A DNA stretch of 5,386 nt. It comes from Escherichia phage phiX174. The translations under genes and the position numbers were made by a program. The notes below the pieces were generated by a model. It saw nothing but the letters and a program-made list of their open reading frames with translations. It did no database searches and was not told the DNA's origin. Shown piece by piece: positions 1-3,980 of this stretch (positions are counted from its first letter, which is position 1; every line of letters begins with the position of its first letter). The DNA lies in sequence record EF380029.1; one strand, 5' to 3'.

Positions 1-51
1 GAGTTTTATCGCTTCCATGACGCAGAAGTTAACACTTTCGGATATTTCTGA
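1..51 (+). CDS. B: Internal scaffolding protein B, C-terminal segment; continues from 5075..5386 across the junction, stop TGA 49-51
   Basis: Reading GAG TTT TAT CGC TTC CAT GAC GCA GAA GTT AAC ACT TTC GGA TAT TTC TGA gives [16 protein letters not shown], the known B C-terminus; the stop overlaps the K start (TGATG, 49-53). Confidence 0.9.
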   Translation, partial: EFYRFHDAEVNTFGYF

Positions 52-136
52 TGAGTCGAAAAATTATCTTGATAAAGCAGGAATTACTACTGCTTGTTTA
101 CGAATTAAATCGAAGTGGACTGCTGGCGGAAAATGA
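1..136 (+). CDS. A: Replication initiation protein A, C-terminal segment; the ORF enters from 3981..5386 across the circular junction (codon 5385-5386+1) and stops at TGA 134-136
   Basis: Frame continuous with the open frame running from ATG 3981 to the window end; translation matches the phiX174 A C-terminus (...[31 protein letters not shown]); stop overlaps the C start as ATGA (133-136). Confidence 0.9.
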   Translation, partial: SFIASMTQKLTLSDISDESKNYLDKAGITTACLRIKSKWTAGGK

Positions 137-221
137 GAAAATTCGACCTATCCTTGCGCAGCTCGAGAAGCTCTTACTTTGCGACCTTTCGCCATCAACT
201 AACGATTCTGTCAAAAACTGA
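51..221 (+). CDS. K: Protein K (small accessory protein, 56 aa), overlapping the end of A and the start of C
   Basis: ATG at 51, stop TGA 219-221; hand translation [56 protein letters not shown] matches phiX174 K. Missing from the ORF track, probably because it is below the length cutoff. Confidence 0.85.
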   Translation: MSRKIILIKQELLLLVYELNRSGLLAENEKIRPILAQLEKLLLCDLSPSTNDSVKN

Positions 222-369
222 CGCGTTGGATGAGGAGAAGTGGCTTAATATGCTTGGCACGTTCGTCAAGGACTGGTTTAGATATGAGTCACATTTTGTT
301 CATGGTAGAGATTCTCTTGTTGACATTTTAAAAGAGCGTGGATTATTATCTGAGTCCGATGTTGTTTAA
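133..369 (+). CDS. C: Protein C (DNA maturation/packaging switch), 78 aa in this copy; truncated relative to the 86-aa reference by an in-frame TAA at 367-369
   Basis: ATG at 133 inside the track ORF 115..369 (which starts at an upstream GTG); translation [78 protein letters not shown] matches phiX174 C up to residue 76. Confidence 0.85.
   Translation: MRKFDLSLRSSRSSYFATFRHQLTILSKTDALDEEKWLNMLGTFVKDWFRYESHFVHGRDSLVDILKERGLLSESDVV
320..349 (+). promoter_or_regulatory. Promoter for the D-E-J-F-G-H transcript, inside gene C: -35 TTGACA (320-325), 18-nt spacer, -10 TATTAT (344-349)
   Basis: Consensus -35 hexamer and a near-consensus -10 at appropriate spacing, at the position of the known phiX174 D promoter (transcript start near 358). 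Confidence 0.6.
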
Positions 370-389
370 CCATTAATAGGTAAGAAATC

Positions 390-848
390 ATGAGTCAAGT
401 TATTGAACAATCCGTACGTTTCCAGACTGCTTTGGCCTCTATTAAGCTCATTCAGGTTTCTGCCGTTTTGGATTTAACCGAAGATGATTTCGATTTTCTG
501 ACGAGTAACAAAGTTTGGATTGCTACTGACCGCTCTCGTGCTCGTCGCTGCGTTGAGGCTTGCGTTTATGGTACGCTGGACTTTGTGGGATACCCTCGCT
601 TTCCTGCTCCTGTTGAGTTTATTGCTGCCGTCATTGCTTATTATGTTCATCCCGTCAACATTCAAACGGCCTGTCTCATCATGGAAGGCGCTGAATTTAC
701 GGAAAACATTATTAATGGCGTCGAGCGTCCGGTTAAAGCCGCTGAATTGTTCGCGTTTACCTTGCGTGTACGCGCAGGAAACATTGACGTTCTTACTGAT
801 GCAGAAGAAAACGTGCGTCAAAAATTACGTGCAGAAGGAGTGATGTAA
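390..848 (+). CDS. D: External scaffolding protein D (152 aa)
   Basis: Track ORF 390..848; translation MSQVIEQSVRFQTALASIKLIQVSAVLDL...RAEGVM matches phiX174 D apart from a few substitutions (T5I, A23V, T132I versus my recollection); stop TAA 846-848 overlaps the J start (TAATG). Confidence 0.95.
   Translation: MSQVIEQSVRFQTALASIKLIQVSAVLDLTEDDFDFLTSNKVWIATDRSRARRCVEACVYGTLDFVGYPRFPAPVEFIAAVIAYYVHPVNIQTACLIMEGAEFTENIINGVERPVKAAELFAFTLRVRAGNIDVLTDAEENVRQKLRAEGVM
568..843 (+). CDS. E: Lysis protein E (91 aa, MraY inhibitor), fully embedded in D in the +1 frame
   Basis: ATG at 568 (internal Met of the TTG-initiated track ORF 520..843) preceded by GAGG at 555-558; translation MVRWTLWDTLAFLLLLSLLLPSLLIMFIPSTFKRPVSSWKALNLRKTLLMASSVRLKPLNCSRLPCVYAQETLTFLLMQKKTCVKNYVQKE matches phiX174 E with two C-terminal substitutions. 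Confidence 0.9.
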   Translation: MVRWTLWDTLAFLLLLSLLLPSLLIMFIPSTFKRPVSSWKALNLRKTLLMASSVRLKPLNCSRLPCVYAQETLTFLLMQKKTCVKNYVQKE

Positions 849-964
849 TGTCTAAAGGTAAAAAACGTTCTGGTGCTCGCCCTGGTCGTCCGCAGCCGTT
901 GCGAGGTACTAAAGGCAAGCGTAAAGGCGCTCGTCTTTGGTATGTAGGTGGTCAACAATTTTAA
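848..964 (+). CDS. J: Small basic DNA-binding/packaging protein J (38 aa)
   Basis: ATG 848 with AAGGAG at 835-840; hand translation MSKGKKRSGARPGRPQPLRGTKGKRKGARLWYVGGQQF*, stop TAA 962-964. Too short to appear in the ORF track. Confidence 0.9.
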   Translation: MSKGKKRSGARPGRPQPLRGTKGKRKGARLWYVGGQQF

Positions 965-968
965 TTGC

Positions 969-984
969 AGGGGCTTCGGCCCCT
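969..984 (+). terminator. J-F intergenic hairpin (AGGGGC-TTCG-GCCCCT), the partial terminator / mRNA-stabilising stem after gene J
   Basis: Perfect 6-bp GC-rich stem with a TTCG tetraloop immediately after the J stop; no strong U-tract follows, consistent with partial read-through into F. Confidence 0.6.
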
Positions 985-1000
985 TACTTGAGGATAAATT

Positions 1001-2284
1001 ATGTCTAATATTCAAATTGGCGCCGAGCGTATGCCGCATGACCTTTCCCATCTTGGCTTCCTTGCTGGTCAGATTGGTCGTCTTATTACCATTTCAACTA
1101 CTCCGGTTATCGCTGGCGATTCCTTCGAGATGGACGCCGTTGGCGCTCTTCGTCTTTCTCCATTGCGTCGTGGCCTTGCTATTGACTCTACTGTAGACAT
1201 TTTTACTTTTTATGTCCCTCATCGTCACGTTTATGGTGAACAGTGGATTAAGTTCATGAAGGATGGTGTTAATGCCACTCCTCTCCCGACTGTTAACACT
1301 GCTGGTTATATTGACCATGCCGCTTTTCTTGGCACGATTAACCCTGATACCAATAAAATCCCTAAGCATTTGTTTCAGGGTTATTTGAATATCTATAACA
1401 ACTATTTTAAAGCGCCGTGGATGCCTGGCCGTACTGAGGCTAACCCTAATGAGCTTAATGAAGATGATGCTCGTTATGGTTTCCGTTGCTGCCATCTCAA
1501 AAACATTTGGACTGCTCCGCTTCCTCCTGAGACTGAGCTTTCTCGTCAAATGACGACTTCTACCACATCTATTGACATTATGGGTCTGCAAGCTGCTTAT
1601 GCTAATTTTCATACTGACCAAGAACGTGATTACTTCATGCAGCGTTATCGTGATGTTATTTCTTCATTTGGAGGTAAAACCTCTTATGACGCTGACAACC
1701 GTCCTTTACTTGTCATGCGCTCTAATTTCTGGGCATCTGGCTATGATGTTGATGGAACTGACCAAACGTCGTTAGGCCAGTTTTCTGGTCGTGTTCAACA
1801 GACCTATAAACATTCTGTGCCGCGTTTCTTTGTTCCTGAGCATGGCACTATGTTTACTCTTGCGCTTGTTCGTTTTCCGCCTACTGCGACTAAAGAGATT
1901 CAGTACCTTAACGCTAAAGGTGCTTTGACTTATACCGATATTGCTGGCGACCCTGTTTTGTATGGCAATTTGCCGCCGCGTGAAATTTCTATGAAGGATG
2001 TTTTCCGTTCTGGTGATTCGTCTAAGAAGTTTAAGATTGCTGAGGGTCAGTGGTATCGTTATGCGCCTTCGTATGTTTCTCCTGTTTATCACCTTCTTGA
2101 AGGTTTCCCATTCATTCAGGAACCGCCTTCTGGTGATTTGCAAGAACGCGTACTTATTCGCCACCATGATTATGACCAGTGTTTCCAGTCCGTTCAGTTG
2201 TTGCAGTGGAATAGTCAGGTTAAATTTAATGTGACCGTTTATCGCAATCTGCCGACCACTCGCGATTCAATCATGACTTCGTGA
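1001..2284 (+). CDS. F: Major capsid protein F (427 codons)
   Basis: Track ORF 1001..2284; GAGG at 990-993; translation MSNIQIGAERMPHDLSHLGFLAGQIGRLITISTTPVIAGDSFEMD... matches phiX174 F with about 8 scattered substitutions. Confidence 0.95.
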   Translation: MSNIQIGAERMPHDLSHLGFLAGQIGRLITISTTPVIAGDSFEMDAVGALRLSPLRRGLAIDSTVDIFTFYVPHRHVYGEQWIKFMKDGVNATPLPTVNTAGYIDHAAFLGTINPDTNKIPKHLFQGYLNIYNNYFKAPWMPGRTEANPNELNEDDARYGFRCCHLKNIWTAPLPPETELSRQMTTSTTSIDIMGLQAAYANFHTDQERDYFMQRYRDVISSFGGKTSYDADNRPLLVMRSNFWASGYDVDGTDQTSLGQFSGRVQQTYKHSVPRFFVPEHGTMFTLALVRFPPTATKEIQYLNAKGALTYTDIAGDPVLYGNLPPREISMKDVFRSGDSSKKFKIAEGQWYRYAPSYVSPVYHLLEGFPFIQEPPSGDLQERVLIRHHDYDQCFQSVQLLQWNSQVKFNVTVYRNLPTTRDSIMTS

Positions 2285-2310
2285 TAAAAGATTGAGTGTG
2301 AGGTTATAAC

Positions 2311-2342
2311 GCCGAAGCGGTAAAAATTTTAATTTTTGCCGC
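2311..2342 (+). other. F-G intergenic structured region: candidate PriA (n') primosome assembly site for complementary-strand synthesis, possibly also a post-F terminator
   Basis: GCGGTAAAAATT (2317-2328) pairs with AATTTTTGCCGC (2331-2342) around a TT loop (12 bp, one G-T/U wobble); a small CCG-AAG-CGG stem sits at 2312-2320. The PAS is known to lie in the phiX174 F-G intergenic space. Confidence 0.5.
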
Positions 2343-2394
2343 TGAGGGGTTGACCAAGCGAAGCGCGGTAGGTTTTCTGCTTAGGAGTTTAATC

Positions 2395-2922
2395 ATGTTT
2401 CAGACTTTTATTTCTCGTCATAATTCAAACTTTTTTTCTGATAAGCTGGTTCTCACTTCTGTTACTCCAGCTTCTTCGGCACCTGTTTTACAGACACCTA
2501 AAGTTACATCGTCAACGTTATATTTTGATAGTTTGACGGTTAATGCTGGTAATGGTGGTTTTCTTCATTGCATTCAGATGGATACATCTGTCAACGCCGC
2601 TAATCAGGTTGTTTCTGTTGGTGCTGATATTGCTTTTGATGCCGACCCTAAATTTTTTGCCTGTTTGGTTCGCTTTGAGTCTTCTTCGGTTCCGACTACC
2701 CTCCCGACTGCCTATGATGTTTATCCTTTGGATGGTCGCCATGATGGTGGTTATTATACCGTCAAGGACTGTGTGACTATTGACGTTCTTCCCCGTACGT
2801 CGGGCAATAATGTTTATGTTGGTTTCATGGTTTGGTCTAACTTTACCGCTACTAAATGTCGCGGATTGGTTTCGCTGAATCAGGTTATTAAAGAGATTAT
2901 TTGTCTCCAGCCACTTAAGTGA
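2395..2922 (+). CDS. G: Major spike protein G (175 aa)
   Basis: ATG 2395 (Met 16 of the TTG-initiated track ORF 2350..2922) with AGGAG at 2383-2387; translation [63 protein letters not shown]... matches phiX174 G; stop TGA 2920-2922. Confidence 0.95.
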   Translation: MFQTFISRHNSNFFSDKLVLTSVTPASSAPVLQTPKVTSSTLYFDSLTVNAGNGGFLHCIQMDTSVNAANQVVSVGADIAFDADPKFFACLVRFESSSVPTTLPTAYDVYPLDGRHDGGYYTVKDCVTIDVLPRTSGNNVYVGFMVWSNFTATKCRGLVSLNQVIKEIICLQPLK

Positions 2923-2930
2923 GGTGATTT

Positions 2931-3917
2931 ATGTTTGGTGCTATTGCTGGCGGTATTGCTTCTGCTCTTGCTGGTGGCGCCATGTCTAAATTGTTTGGAG
3001 GTGGTCAAAAAGCCGCCTCCGGTGGTATTCAAGGTGATGTGCTTGCTACCGATAGCAATACTGTAGGCATGGGTGATGCTGGTATTAAATCTGCTATTCA
3101 AGGCTCTAATGTTCCTAACTATGATGAGGTCGCCCCTAATTTTGTTTCTGGTGCTATGGCTAAAGCTGGTAAAGGACATCTTGAAGGTACGTTGCAGGCT
3201 GGCACTTCTGCCGTTTCTGATAAGTTGCTTGATTTGGTTGGACTTGGTGGCAAGTCTGCCGCTGATAAAGGAAAGGATACTCGTGATTATCTTGCTGCTG
3301 CATTTCCTGAGCTTAATGCTTGGGAGCGTGCTGGTGCTAATGCTTCCTCTGCTGGTATGGTTGACGCCGGATTTGAGAATCAAAAAGAGCTTACTAAAAT
3401 GCAACTGGACAATCAGAAAGAGATTGCCGAGATGCAAAATGAGACTCAAAAAGAGATTGCTGGCATTCAGTCGGTGACTTCACGCCAGAATACGAAAGAC
3501 CAGGTATATGCACAAAATGAGATGCTTGCTTATCAACAGAAGGAGTCTACTGCTCGTGTTGCGTCTATTATGGAAAACACCAATCTTTCCAAGCAACAGC
3601 AGGTTTCCGAGATTATGCGCCAAATGCTTACTCAAGCTCAAACGGCTGGTCAGTATTTTACCAATGACCAAATTAAAGAAATGACTCGCAAGGTTAGTGC
3701 TGAGGTTGACTTAGTTCATCAGCAAACGCAGAATCAGCGGTATGGCTCTTCTCATATTGGCGCTACTGCAAAGGATATTTCTAATGTCGTCACTGATGCT
3801 GCTTCTGGTGTGGTTGATATTTTTCATGGTATTGATAAAGCTGTTGCCGATACTTGGAACAATTTCTGGAAAGACGGTAAAGCTGATGGTATTGGCTCTA
3901 ATTTGTCTAGGAAATAA
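2931..3917 (+). CDS. H: Minor spike / DNA pilot protein H (328 aa) with glycine-rich N-terminal hydrophobic segment and C-terminal coiled coil
   Basis: Track ORF 2931..3917; GAGG at 2921-2924; translation [32 protein letters not shown]... matches phiX174 H with about 7 substitutions; stop TAA 3915-3917. Confidence 0.95.
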   Translation: MFGAIAGGIASALAGGAMSKLFGGGQKAASGGIQGDVLATDSNTVGMGDAGIKSAIQGSNVPNYDEVAPNFVSGAMAKAGKGHLEGTLQAGTSAVSDKLLDLVGLGGKSAADKGKDTRDYLAAAFPELNAWERAGANASSAGMVDAGFENQKELTKMQLDNQKEIAEMQNETQKEIAGIQSVTSRQNTKDQVYAQNEMLAYQQKESTARVASIMENTNLSKQQQVSEIMRQMLTQAQTAGQYFTNDQIKEMTRKVSAEVDLVHQQTQNQRYGSSHIGATAKDISNVVTDAASGVVDIFHGIDKAVADTWNNFWKDGKADGIGSNLSRK

Positions 3918-3926
3918 CCGTCAGGA

Positions 3927-3950
3927 TTGACACCCTCCCAATTGTATGTT
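3927..3950 (+). promoter_or_regulatory. Candidate gene A promoter in the H-A intergenic region: TTGACA (3927-3932) and TATGTT (3945-3950)
   Basis: Perfect -35 hexamer just after the H stop, but the spacer to the best -10-like hexamer is only 12 nt, so the exact elements are uncertain. Confidence 0.35.
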
Positions 3951-3955
3951 TTCAT

Positions 3956-3980
3956 GCCTCCAAATCTTGGAGGCTTTTTT
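3956..3980 (+). terminator. Intrinsic terminator after gene H: stem GCCTCCAA / TTGGAGGC with ATC loop, followed by T6; the 3' arm contains the gene A Shine-Dalgarno GGAGG
   Basis: Perfect 8-bp inverted repeat 3956-3963 / 3967-3974 directly followed by TTTTTT (3975-3980), ending one base before the A ATG. Confidence 0.7.

Noticed and set aside
115-369. Upstream alternative starts for C (GTG 115), E (TTG 520) and G (TTG 2350) suggested by the ORF track
   Set aside because: The track extends each ORF to the first possible start codon. The ATGs at 133, 568 and 2395 match the known protein N-termini and each has a Shine-Dalgarno at proper spacing; the GTG at 115 lies inside A and K coding sequence.
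2350-2355. TTGACC hexamer at 2350-2355 upstream of G as a possible G-specific promoter
   Set aside because: I found no convincing -10 hexamer at 16-18 nt spacing, and G is known to be expressed from the upstream D promoter transcripts; a single -35-like match is expected by chance.
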